Positions 52,049-64,000 of a DNA stretch of 64,000 nucleotides are shown here, one piece after another (positions within the stretch are counted from its first letter, which is position 1; the number at the start of each line of letters is the position of its first letter). Made by a program: the position numbers and the translations under genes. The notes under the pieces are model-generated. The model saw nothing but the letters and a program-made list of their open reading frames with translations, had not been told where the DNA came from and did not search any database. Source of the stretch: Gemmatimonadaceae bacterium (lineage in GTDB: Bacteria; Gemmatimonadota; Gemmatimonadetes; Gemmatimonadales; Gemmatimonadaceae); the NCBI GenBank assembly GCA_040902005.1, contig JBBDYA010000045.1:26747-90746 (forward strand), in the 5' to 3' direction.

Positions 52049-52082
52049 ACCCGGCTATCCATTGTCGGGTATTCATTCCCCT

Positions 52083-52862
52083 ATGCACGCACGAAACTGG
52101 ATTCTTGTCGCCCTGGCGGCGGCCCTGACGGTCACGGGATGCCGTAGCGGATTTCGACTGAGCCGTTATCCGACGACCGACTCGTTGTACGCCGCCGGTC
52201 TGAGGGAATACGAGGCGGAGAAGTGGCACAATGCGATCGCCGCGTTCGAGAAGCTCTCCACGGAGCTGTCCGCGCGCGACTCGCTGCTCCCCCGCACGTT
52301 CTGGTACCTGGCGAATGCGCACGCGCGGCAGCGGGAACACCTGCTGGCGGCGCAGGCGTTCTCGCGGCTGTTCGAGTCCTTTCCCGACGACTCGCTGGCC
52401 GACGACGCCGCGCTCGCGGCGGGCCGGTCATATCGCCGGCTCTGGCGAAAGCCGAATTTGGACCCCACGTACGGCGAGGTCGCGCTGTCGACGTTCAATA
52501 CCCTGATCGGACTGTACGGCGAAGCCAGCGAGCACGCGGGCGCCGCCCGTCGTGAGATCGCGGAACTCGAGGAATGGTTCGCGACCAAGTCCTACCAGAC
52601 GGGCCGCTTCTATTTCCGCCGTCGGATGTACGACTCCGGCATCATCTATTTCCAGGAAGTGCTCGATCGCTGGCCGCACGTGCCGCGGGCCCGCGACGCG
52701 CTGCTGCGGCTGGCGGAATCGTATCAGGCGATCCGGTATCGGGAGGAGTATCAGGAAACCTGCGATCGGCTGCGCGAGAGCTATCCGACGGATTCCGACG
52801 TAGGAGAGGTTTGCCGGGCTGCCGCTGGGAGCACCACCAGCCGTCCGACGCCCACACCGTAA
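52083..52862 (+). CDS. bamD: Outer membrane protein assembly factor BamD (lipoprotein)
   Basis: LTVTG-C lipobox, TPR helices, FP.D..ADDA, GRFYFRR.MY..GIIYF. Confidence 0.82.
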   Translation: MHARNWILVALAAALTVTGCRSGFRLSRYPTTDSLYAAGLREYEAEKWHNAIAAFEKLSTELSARDSLLPRTFWYLANAHARQREHLLAAQAFSRLFESFPDDSLADDAALAAGRSYRRLWRKPNLDPTYGEVALSTFNTLIGLYGEASEHAGAARREIAELEEWFATKSYQTGRFYFRRRMYDSGIIYFQEVLDRWPHVPRARDALLRLAESYQAIRYREEYQETCDRLRESYPTDSDVGEVCRAAAGSTTSRPTPTP

Positions 52863-52867
52863 CGGCG

Positions 52868-53449
52868 GTGCGACTCGGCATTTTCGGCGGCACGTTCGAC
52901 CCTCCCCACGTCGGCCACCTGCTGGCGGCGACCGACGCCCTCGAGCAGCTGCGCCTGGACCTCGTCATCCTGGTGCCGGCGGCCACGCAGCCGCTGAAGG
53001 CCGGGCAGTGCGCCGCCCCGCCCGCGCAGCGTCTGGCGATGGTGCGTCTCATGGTGCGCGGCGACCCGCGCTTTGACGTGTCCGACGTGGAAGTGCAGCG
53101 GGCCGGTTTATCTTTTACCGTGGACACGCTGCGTCACATTGCTGCCTCGCATCCTTCCGCCGAGCGCTATCTGCTCCTTGGCGCAGACGCACTGAGCTTG
53201 TTCGGGCAGTGGCGGGAGCCGGAGCGTATCGTGGAACTGGCGCGGCTGGCCATCCTGGAGCGCGCCGGCGAACCGCTGCACGCGTTGCCACCGGGCGTTG
53301 ATCCGGGCCGGATCGAGCGACTGGGAACGCGCCGCGTGGACATCTCGTCCACCGAAATCCGGGAGCGGGTGCGGCGGGGAAAGTCGATTCGGGGATTCGT
53401 GACGGACGCTGTCGCGGATGTCATCGCGCGCGACGGCTTATATCGCTAG
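52868..53449 (+). CDS. nadD: Nicotinate-nucleotide adenylyltransferase
   Basis: GIFGGTFDPPHVGH, SFTVDTL, LGAD, ISSTEIR. Confidence 0.93.
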   Translation: MRLGIFGGTFDPPHVGHLLAATDALEQLRLDLVILVPAATQPLKAGQCAAPPAQRLAMVRLMVRGDPRFDVSDVEVQRAGLSFTVDTLRHIAASHPSAERYLLLGADALSLFGQWREPERIVELARLAILERAGEPLHALPPGVDPGRIERLGTRRVDISSTEIRERVRRGKSIRGFVTDAVADVIARDGLYR

Positions 53450-53456
53450 GGGATTC

Positions 53457-56729
<3,273 letters not shown>

Positions 56730-56747
56730 ACCGCCGAGCAACGGTAT

Positions 56748-56774
56748 TGTCACGCTGAGTGGATCGGAGGGTCT
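56748..56774 (+). repeat. Degenerate TGTC/CGTC-type REP-like element (single copy in window)
   Basis: TGTCACGCTGAGTGGATCGGAGGGTCT resembles the TGTCAYCCTGAGCGNAGCGAAGGRTCT repeat type as I recall it. Confidence 0.35.
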
Positions 56775-56798
56775 ACGTTGCCCCGGTAGACTCTCACG

Positions 56799-57500
56799 TT
56801 GCCAGGGATGACATCGGCGCCGCTCACCATCAGGGAACTACCTCGCACCGATCGGCCGCGCGAACGACTCGTGGACCTCGGCGCCAACGCGCTGGCGACG
56901 TCCGAGCTGCTGGCGATCGTGATCGGATCGGGCGCGCGCGGCCGCTCGGCGCTGCGCATCGGGGACGATATCCTCGGGTTTGCCGGGGGTTCGCTCCGCC
57001 GGCTGTCGTCACGACCCGTGTCGGAACTCACGCGACACGGCGGGGTGGGGAAAGCGAGGGCAGCCGTGATCCACGCCGCGCTCGAGCTGGGTCGGCGCAT
57101 GGCGGCCGAAGGACGGGACGAGGCCACACCGATTCGCGCGCCGCGGGACGTGGTGGCCGTGTATGCCCCCAGACTCGAAGATCTTCCCGTGGAGGAATTC
57201 CACGTCGCCGTGCTCGATGCGCAACACCGCCTGGAGCGCGACATTACTGTCACCCGTGGTATCCTTAATTCGTCCCTGGTACATCCCAGGGAGGTGTTCC
57301 GGGAAGCCATAGCGGAACGGGCGGCGGCTATCATTCTGATCCACAACCATCCCAGCGGCGATCCGACACCGTCGGCCGACGACCGGAATGTCACGGACCA
57401 GCTCGTCGCGGCCGGGCGGCTGCTGGACATTCCGGTGCACGACCACGTGATCATCGGACGGGGACGGTATACGAGCTTTGCGGAGGCGGGACTGCTGTGA
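56799..57500 (+). CDS. radC: RadC/JAB-domain protein (UPF0758)
   Basis: RPRERL...GA.AL...ELLA, HhH GVGKARA, VHPREVF, HNHPSGDPTPS..D, DHVIIG; alternative ATG 56808. Confidence 0.93.
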   Translation: MPGMTSAPLTIRELPRTDRPRERLVDLGANALATSELLAIVIGSGARGRSALRIGDDILGFAGGSLRRLSSRPVSELTRHGGVGKARAAVIHAALELGRRMAAEGRDEATPIRAPRDVVAVYAPRLEDLPVEEFHVAVLDAQHRLERDITVTRGILNSSLVHPREVFREAIAERAAAIILIHNHPSGDPTPSADDRNVTDQLVAAGRLLDIPVHDHVIIGRGRYTSFAEAGLL

Positions 57501-59668
57501 CGGCAACGGCGCTCAATGAGCTGATTCCTGGCTGGGCCGACGCGTTCGACACTGACCGCCTCGACCGGGAATTGCTTGCGCGCGCCTACCGGTTCAGCGA
57601 GGAAGCGCATCGGGGCCAGATGCGCCTGTCGGGCGAGCCGTTCGTGACGCATTGCGTGGAGGTCGCGAAGATCCTGGCGGAACTGCAGCTCGATTCCGTC
57701 ACGGTGGCCTGCGGACTGATTCACGATGTCGTCGAGGACACGCGGGTTACGGTGCCGGACGTCGAGCGCGAATTCGGCAAGGAGGTCGCGTCGATCGTCG
57801 ATGGACTCACCAAGATCGCGAAGCTTCCCAGCGGCGGGACCAAGGAGGAACGGCAGGTCGAGAGCTATCGCAAGCTGCTGCTCTCCATCGCCAAGGACGC
57901 CCGCGTCATCATCGTGAAGTTGGCCGACCGACTGCACAACATGCGCACCCTGGATCCGCTGCCGCAGGAGAAGCGGGTACGGATCGCGGGCGAAACGCGG
58001 GACCTGTATGCTCCGCTCGCGCACCGGTTTGGCATGGCGAAGATGCGCTGGGAGCTGGAAGACCTCTCGTTCAAGCACATCGAATCGGTCGAGTACAAGG
58101 CGCTGGCCAAGAAGGTGGCGCAGAAGCGCGTGGAGCGCGAGCAGTTGATCGGCCAGTTCAGGGATCCGCTCGACAAGGCCCTGCGCGATGCCGGCATGAA
58201 GGACTTCGAGGTCACGGGTCGTCCCAAGCATCTCTGGTCCATCTACAAGAAGATGCTCCAGCGCCAGAAGCCGTACGAAGAGATCTACGATCTGCTGGCG
58301 ATCCGGGTCCTGGTCACCAGCGTGCCGGATTGCTATCACGCCCTCGGCATCGTGCACGACCGCTGGACGCCCGTGCAGGAGCGTATCAAGGATTACATCG
58401 CGCAGCCCAAGTCCAACGGGTATCAATCGTTGCATACGACGGTGTTCGGTCCCGGCGGCCAGTTGTACGAAGTGCAGATCCGTACCCGCGAGATGCACCG
58501 CACCGCCGACTTCGGGATTGCCGCGCACTGGTTGTACAAGGAGGACACGAAGAGCGCCGACGAACTCGATCGGCATCTCAGCTGGTTTCGACAGGTGCTC
58601 GAGCTGCAGCTGGACGCGAAGACACCGGACGAGTTCCTCGAGTTCCTCAAGCTCGACCTGTATCAGGACGAGATTTTCGTGTTCACTCCCACGGGCGACG
58701 TCATCCAGCTGCCCAAGGGCGCGACCCCGATCGATTTCGCCTTTGCCGTGCACACCGAGGTGGGGCTCCACTGCGCCGGCGCGAAGGTCAATGGGCGCAT
58801 CGCGCCCCTGTCGCGCGCGCTCCGGAACTCGGAAACTGTGGAAATCATCACGTCGGCGACGTCCAAACCGACCAAGGACTGGCTGGCGCATGTCCGCACC
58901 GGCCGTGCGCGACACAAGATCCGCCAGGTGCTCAAGCGTGAGGAGCATCAGTCGGCACAGAAGATCGGGCAGGAGATCTTCGAGCGCGAGTTGCGGCGCC
59001 GGCGGCTGCCGAAGCCTACCGAGCAACAGCTGGCCGACACGGTCAAGGCGCTGAACCTCACCGATGTCACGCATCTCCACGCGTCCATTGGCCAGGGGGA
59101 CGTGCAGGTCGCCGCGGCCATCCGCCAGCTGCATCCCGATCTTGCGGCCCCGGAACCGCCGAAGCCTCCCACCGCGCTGGAGCGGCTCGTGGACCGGGTG
59201 CGGGGTTCCAGCTCGCGCGGGGTCCGCATCCAGGGCGTGGACGGGGTCATGGTTCGCTATGCACAGTGCTGCCAGCCCGTACCCGGTGACGCCGTGGTGG
59301 GGTACGTGACGCGCGGTCGCGGGGTGAGCATCCATCGCGGTGACTGCCCGAACCTGCTGCTGCTGGCGCACGAGCCGGAGCGTCGGCTGGACATTGATTG
59401 GCAGGAGGCCGAAGGCGAGCGGTTCGTCGTCCGCCTGGCCCTCGAAGCGGTGGACCGGCGCGGACTGTACGCCGATCTCGCTTCTGCGGTGACGGGCACC
59501 GGCACCGACATCCGCAGCCTGGACCTCCACACGATGGACGGCAAGGTGAACGGCGCCGTGGTGGTCGAAGTGGAGAACCTTTCCCACCTCGAGAAGATCA
59601 TGAAGGCGGCCCGACGCGTGAAGGGCGTCAGCGAGGTGGCGCGCCGGGAGCGCATCACGGCGGACTAG
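57497..59668 (+). CDS. rel: Bifunctional (p)ppGpp synthetase/hydrolase (long RSH)
   Basis: HD motif [22 protein letters not shown] (RxKD type), YQSLHT, EVQIRT, TGS and ACT domains. Confidence 0.95.
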   Translation: MTATALNELIPGWADAFDTDRLDRELLARAYRFSEEAHRGQMRLSGEPFVTHCVEVAKILAELQLDSVTVACGLIHDVVEDTRVTVPDVEREFGKEVASIVDGLTKIAKLPSGGTKEERQVESYRKLLLSIAKDARVIIVKLADRLHNMRTLDPLPQEKRVRIAGETRDLYAPLAHRFGMAKMRWELEDLSFKHIESVEYKALAKKVAQKRVEREQLIGQFRDPLDKALRDAGMKDFEVTGRPKHLWSIYKKMLQRQKPYEEIYDLLAIRVLVTSVPDCYHALGIVHDRWTPVQERIKDYIAQPKSNGYQSLHTTVFGPGGQLYEVQIRTREMHRTADFGIAAHWLYKEDTKSADELDRHLSWFRQVLELQLDAKTPDEFLEFLKLDLYQDEIFVFTPTGDVIQLPKGATPIDFAFAVHTEVGLHCAGAKVNGRIAPLSRALRNSETVEIITSATSKPTKDWLAHVRTGRARHKIRQVLKREEHQSAQKIGQEIFERELRRRRLPKPTEQQLADTVKALNLTDVTHLHASIGQGDVQVAAAIRQLHPDLAAPEPPKPPTALERLVDRVRGSSSRGVRIQGVDGVMVRYAQCCQPVPGDAVVGYVTRGRGVSIHRGDCPNLLLLAHEPERRLDIDWQEAEGERFVVRLALEAVDRRGLYADLASAVTGTGTDIRSLDLHTMDGKVNGAVVVEVENLSHLEKIMKAARRVKGVSEVARRERITAD

Positions 59669-59742
59669 GGCGCCAGGCGAGTCCGGTAACCGGACGGTCC
59701 CCTCACCGAGCAAAAACCGAAACTCCTGTTAGATTTGTCCGG

Positions 59743-61731
59743 ATGTCGCGCGCGATTTTCGACCTACAGGCCCCGTTCCAGCCGGCTGGCGACCAGCCGA
59801 AGGCCATTCAGGAGTTGAGCGGGGGGTTGGCGCGGAACGACCGTTTCCAGACGTTGCTCGGCGTGACTGGGTCGGGAAAGACGATGACGGTCGCCAATGT
59901 CATCCGGGAATTCGGGCGACCCACCCTCGTGCTCTCGCACAACAAGACGCTGGCCGCGCAACTGTACGGCGAGTTCAAGAGCTTCTTTCCGCAGAACGCG
60001 GTCGAGTACTTCATCTCGTACTACGACTACTACCAGCCCGAAGCGTACGTCCCGTCTTCCGACACGTACATCGAGAAGGACGCCTCGATCAACGAGGACA
60101 TCGACCGGCTGCGCCTGCGCGCCACGTCGTCCCTGATGGAACGCGACGACGTCATCATCGTGGCGACGGTCTCCGCGATCTACGGGTTGGGCGACCCGAA
60201 GCAGTATCGCGAGCAGATGGTGACGATCAGCAAGGGTCAGAAGATCCCGCGCGACGAGATTCTGCGGTCGCTCGTCATGATTCAATACCACCGAAACGAC
60301 GTGTCCTTCGATCGCGGCACCTTCCGCGTGCGCGGCGACACCGTGGAGATTCTTCCGGCATACGAGGAACAGGGGGTGCGGGTCGAGTTGTGGGGCGACG
60401 AGGTGGAGCGGATTTCCAAGATCAATCCGCTCACGGGGGAGACGATCGCATCGCTGGACCGGGCCGCGATCTACCCGGCAAAACATTTCGTCACGAGGCG
60501 CCCGATGCTCGAGCGGGCCGTGACGCTGATTCGGGCGGAACTGGACGCGCGGCTGCCGGAGCTGCGCAACGCCGGCAAGCTCCTCGAAGCGCAGCGATTG
60601 GAGAGTCGGACCAACTTCGACATCGAGATGATGCTCGAGATCGGCACCTGCGCGGGCATCGAGAACTACTCGCGGCATCTGTCGGGTCGAGCTGAAGGGG
60701 AGCGCCCGGCGTGCCTGTTCGACTATTTCCCCGAGGATTTTCTCGTGGTGGTGGACGAATCCCACGTCACGTTGCCGCAGGTGGGTGGGATGTTCAACGG
60801 CGACCGCGCCCGCAAGCTCACACTCGTCGAGTACGGCTTCCGGCTGCCGAGCGCCCTCGACAACCGGCCACTCATGTTCGACGAGTTTCTCGCCCTCACC
60901 CCGCGGGCGTTGTTGGTCTCTGCGACGCCGGGCGACCTCGAGCTCCAGCTCTCGGAGGGTGTGGTCGTCGAGCAGATCATCCGACCCACGGGGCTGGTCG
61001 ATCCGGAGATCGAAGTGCGCCCGGTGCGCGGGCAGGTGGATGATCTGTTGAACGAGATTCGTCTCCGGGAGCGCAAGGGCGAGCGCGTGCTGGTCACGAC
61101 GCTCACGAAGCGCATGGCGGAGGACCTCACGGACTACCTCCAGCAGGTGGGCGTCCGCGTGCGCTACATGCACTCCGATATCGACGCGATCGAGCGGGTG
61201 GAGATTATTCGGGGCCTGCGCCTTGGCGAATTCGATGTGCTGGTGGGGATCAACCTCCTGCGCGAGGGGCTGGATCTCCCCGAGGTGTCGCTGGTCGCGA
61301 TTCTGGATGCTGACCAGGAAGGCTTTCTGCGCAGCGACCGGTCGCTGATTCAAACGGTGGGACGAGCCGCCCGGCACGTGGCCGGGCGGGCGATCTTCTA
61401 CGCGGACAAGATCACCGGTTCCATGCAACGCTGTCTGGACGAAACCGGCCGGCGACGCGAAACGCAGCTGGCCTTCAACCGCGACCACGGGATCATCCCG
61501 CAGTCCGTGAGCAAGAGTGTCGAGGAAGTGCGGTTCATTACGCGCGTGGCCGATGCCCGGTCCGAGAAGGAGGCCAGGGTCGCCGAGCCGGCGCGCAAGT
61601 ACCAGGTGATGGACCCCGAGGCGCTCGCCCGCATGCTCGAGGAACAGATGAAGGAGGCAGCGGCCAACATGGACTTCGAGCTCGCCGCCCAGCTCCGCGA
61701 CCAGCTTGCTGAACTGCGAGTGTCCAGGTGA
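59743..61731 (+). CDS. uvrB: Excinuclease ABC subunit B
   Basis: [43 protein letters not shown]-terminal UVR coil. Confidence 0.97.
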   Translation: MSRAIFDLQAPFQPAGDQPKAIQELSGGLARNDRFQTLLGVTGSGKTMTVANVIREFGRPTLVLSHNKTLAAQLYGEFKSFFPQNAVEYFISYYDYYQPEAYVPSSDTYIEKDASINEDIDRLRLRATSSLMERDDVIIVATVSAIYGLGDPKQYREQMVTISKGQKIPRDEILRSLVMIQYHRNDVSFDRGTFRVRGDTVEILPAYEEQGVRVELWGDEVERISKINPLTGETIASLDRAAIYPAKHFVTRRPMLERAVTLIRAELDARLPELRNAGKLLEAQRLESRTNFDIEMMLEIGTCAGIENYSRHLSGRAEGERPACLFDYFPEDFLVVVDESHVTLPQVGGMFNGDRARKLTLVEYGFRLPSALDNRPLMFDEFLALTPRALLVSATPGDLELQLSEGVVVEQIIRPTGLVDPEIEVRPVRGQVDDLLNEIRLRERKGERVLVTTLTKRMAEDLTDYLQQVGVRVRYMHSDIDAIERVEIIRGLRLGEFDVLVGINLLREGLDLPEVSLVAILDADQEGFLRSDRSLIQTVGRAARHVAGRAIFYADKITGSMQRCLDETGRRRETQLAFNRDHGIIPQSVSKSVEEVRFITRVADARSEKEARVAEPARKYQVMDPEALARMLEEQMKEAAANMDFELAAQLRDQLAELRVSR

Positions 61732-62201
61732 ACCAGATGCCGCCGCTGGCCTCGGTTGGCCGTCTCGCATTGAGCCAGGACGAACTGGTGGACTGGGGGC
61801 GCCGGCTCGGCAGTCAGATCACGCCCCCATTGCTCGTCGCGCTGTTCGGAGAACTCGGTGCGGGCAAGACGACACTCGCGCGGGCGATCTGCGACGGATA
61901 TGGGGTGCGGGCGTCCGTGACCAGCCCCACGTTCGCGATCGTGCACACGTATGACGCTCCGCGCTCGCCGGTGCACCATCTGGATCTGTATCGCCTCGAC
62001 GGACCGCGGGATCTCCAGAACATCGCGTGGGACGACCTGATCGAGGCTGAGGCACTGCTGCTGGTGGAATGGCCGGAACGCGCGGGAGAGCTGCTGCCGC
62101 AGGACCACGTTTCCATCGAGCTGCGTCACGTGGACGGGGAGCCCGACAAGCGGGTGTTGTATGCTGGCGGCTATTCCGGACATCGGATGGGCGAGCGGTG
62201 A
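61728..62201 (+). CDS. tsaE: t6A biosynthesis ATPase TsaE
   Basis: [27 protein letters not shown]. Confidence 0.93.
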   Translation: MNQMPPLASVGRLALSQDELVDWGRRLGSQITPPLLVALFGELGAGKTTLARAICDGYGVRASVTSPTFAIVHTYDAPRSPVHHLDLYRLDGPRDLQNIAWDDLIEAEALLLVEWPERAGELLPQDHVSIELRHVDGEPDKRVLYAGGYSGHRMGER

Positions 62202-62863
62202 TCACGCTGGCTCTGGATGCGTCCACCCACACCGGGAGCGTGGCGGTCCTCGCGGACGGCAGAGTGATTGGAGCGGGCACCGCGGCCATGCGGGGACGCG
62301 ATGAGGAGCGGCTGATGCCCGCCGTTGATGCAACCCTTCGCGACGCCGGGCTGGGATTTGCTGATGTGGAGCGGATCGTCTGTGGCGCAGGGCCCGGCAG
62401 TTTCACGAGTCTTCGCATTGCGGCGTCCATCGCGAAGGGAGTAGCAGCAGGTAGGGCAGTGCCCTTGTTCGCGGCGTCCTCGCTGGCGCTGATTGTTGCC
62501 GGGAATGTCCAGCAGGCGGCCGGGGCCGAGGCCCGCTTCGTCGCCGCGATCGATGCCCTTCGCGGTGAGAGTTATGCCGCCAGCTTCCGGTTCGATGGGC
62601 AATGCGTTCGGCAAACGGGCGCCCTTCGACTCACGTCCCACGAGTCGCTTGCGGCGATCGCGCTGCTGGAGGGAGCTGACCTGGTCGGTCCGGAGCAACG
62701 GATTGCGTGGCTGCCTCACGCTCGCGGCGTGTCCTTTCTGACCGGCGAGGATGACTCGCTGACGGGACCTGTCGATCTGGCAGCGTGGGAACCGATCTAT
62801 GGTCGGATGGCCGAAGCGCAGGTGAAGTGGGAAGCGACGCACGGTCGGCCACTGTCGCCATGA
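62198..62863 (+). CDS. tsaB: t6A biosynthesis protein TsaB
   Basis: LALDAST, GPGSFTSLRI, IDALRGE.Y, EPIY.R. Confidence 0.9.
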   Translation: MITLALDASTHTGSVAVLADGRVIGAGTAAMRGRDEERLMPAVDATLRDAGLGFADVERIVCGAGPGSFTSLRIAASIAKGVAAGRAVPLFAASSLALIVAGNVQQAAGAEARFVAAIDALRGESYAASFRFDGQCVRQTGALRLTSHESLAAIALLEGADLVGPEQRIAWLPHARGVSFLTGEDDSLTGPVDLAAWEPIYGRMAEAQVKWEATHGRPLSP

Positions 62864-63342
62864 CTCCAGTCAGCTTGCGGCGCGCCACGGCCGACGACCT
62901 GATGGAAGTGGCCGCGCTCGAGAATGTCTGCTATGCGGACCCCTGGCCGGAAACTGCGTTTTCCTTGCTTCCGGATAATCCCAAGGTTCACTTCACGGTG
63001 GCCCGGCAACATGTGCGCGGTCCGGTCGCGGGTTATGTTGTCGCCTGGTTCGTGCTCGACGAGGGAGAATTGGCCAACCTGGCCGTTGCGCCGGGTGCGC
63101 GCCGCCGGGGACTCGGACAGGCACTGGTTGACTCCGTGCTGGAGGACGCCAGAAGCCGGGGCACGTCGAAGGTTTTTCTGGAAGTTCGCGAATCCAACAA
63201 GGCCGCGCGGAAACTGTATTCGAACCGCGGCTTCGTGGAGGTGGGCAGGAGAAAGGGTTATTATCGCAGCCCGGAGGAAGACGCGCTTCTGCTCAGTCGA
63301 TCCCTCGAGCCGTCGCCGAGCAGGGTGGCAGGAACGCGCTGA
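62860..63342 (+). CDS. rimI: Ribosomal protein S18 alanine N-acetyltransferase
   Basis: NLAVAP..RRRGLG, LEVRESN..A..LY...GF..VGRRKGYY..PEEDA. Confidence 0.92.
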   Translation: MTPVSLRRATADDLMEVAALENVCYADPWPETAFSLLPDNPKVHFTVARQHVRGPVAGYVVAWFVLDEGELANLAVAPGARRRGLGQALVDSVLEDARSRGTSKVFLEVRESNKAARKLYSNRGFVEVGRRKGYYRSPEEDALLLSRSLEPSPSRVAGTR

Positions 63343-63434
63343 AAGTATTTGATATGCAACGATTTGGTGATGGTCCTTTCAAGTGACTTCTATATCATGA
63401 CGGCGAGTCAACGAACATCTCGCCAGGAGGCAAA

Positions 63435-63929
63435 GTGAGCCGAAGCTTGAACAAGGTGACCCTGATCGGAAACCTCGGCAGTGACCCCGAGGTCCGGTCG
63501 ACCACGGGTGGAAGTCGGGTAGCCACCTTCTCCCTCGCGACCAGCCGGTCGTGGAATGACGCCAGCGGCGCCAAACAGGAAAAGACGGAGTGGCACCGCT
63601 GCGTTGCCTGGAACAGCAAGTCCCAGCAGCTTGCGGACGTCGTCGAGAGGTACGTCAAGAAAGGCGACAAGCTCTACGTCGAGGGGCGGATTGAGTACCG
63701 CCAGTGGCAGGACAAGGAGGGGCAGACCAAGTACTCAACCGAAATCAACGTGCGGGAGCTGATCATGCTCGGCTCGCCCCGAGGCGGTGACGGAGAAGGG
63801 CCGCGTACGCCCCGGGCGCCGTCGGCGGCCAAGGCCAAGGCCGGAGCGGCTGCGGGCTCGGCGGGCGGAGAGGACTTCGAGGAGTTTCCCGGAGCCCTGG
63901 AGCAGGGGGACGACGACCTGCCGTTCTGA
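63435..63929 (+). CDS. ssb: Single-stranded DNA-binding protein
   Basis: SLNKVTLIGNLG.DPE, TEWHR, VEGRI, C-terminal DDDLPF; AGGAGG SD. Confidence 0.97.
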   Translation: MSRSLNKVTLIGNLGSDPEVRSTTGGSRVATFSLATSRSWNDASGAKQEKTEWHRCVAWNSKSQQLADVVERYVKKGDKLYVEGRIEYRQWQDKEGQTKYSTEINVRELIMLGSPRGGDGEGPRTPRAPSAAKAKAGAAAGSAGGEDFEEFPGALEQGDDDLPF

Positions 63930-63964
63930 CCCCACCCTGCAAGGGCTTATTGGGGATGGAGTTG

Positions 63965-64000
<36 letters not shown>

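Noticed and set aside
56799..57500. radC as marker of a mobile element or defence system
   Set aside because: Full-length chromosomal type with N-terminal HhH, between secA and rel; no mobile or CBASS-type neighbours
62198..63342. Slightly weaker codon bias in tsaB/rimI suggesting horizontal transfer
   Set aside because: Canonical tsaE-tsaB-rimI order with coupled overlaps; only an impression by eye, compatible with low expression

Overview
GC-rich bacterial chromosome segment made almost entirely of tightly packed core genes. Gene style and order suggest Gemmatimonadota (inference, not verified by search). In order: an OmpR-family two-component system (partial), tonB-exbB-exbD-exbD-tonB-like genes, and a transport/bioenergetics block (APC permease, membrane pyrophosphatase, NhaC, two DAACS symporters). 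Next come VTT/PLD/alpha-beta-hydrolase genes, an amino-sugar salvage cluster (two SSS symporters, BadF-type kinase, NagB-PIG-L fusion, serine hydrolase) with an embedded iscA/erpA-type gene, and a CDP-alcohol phosphotransferase + ino1 pair. Then an orphan E2 acyltransferase among small unknown genes, trxB, aspA, an Rrf2 regulator, tRNA-Leu(CAG), smpB, an amidase and pyrD/pyrF. The alpha operon lacks rpsD (rpmJ-rpsM-rpsK-rpoA-rplQ-rpmB). A nucleotide-sugar operon (gmd, rmd, wbpD/B/E/A-like, ugd) has carB inserted. The window ends with bamD, nadD, secA, radC, rel, uvrB, tsaE/tsaB/rimI, ssb and a poly-G artefact. I found no CRISPR array, prophage, transposase or defence island, and cannot support a wholly new multi-gene system. 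The best leads are a candidate pseudoknotted RNA before SD-less rpoA, an exported alpha/beta-hydrolase with Ala at the nucleophile position, an inositol-lipid operon, carB coupled into a glycan operon, and a probable Na+-PPase/NhaC pair.
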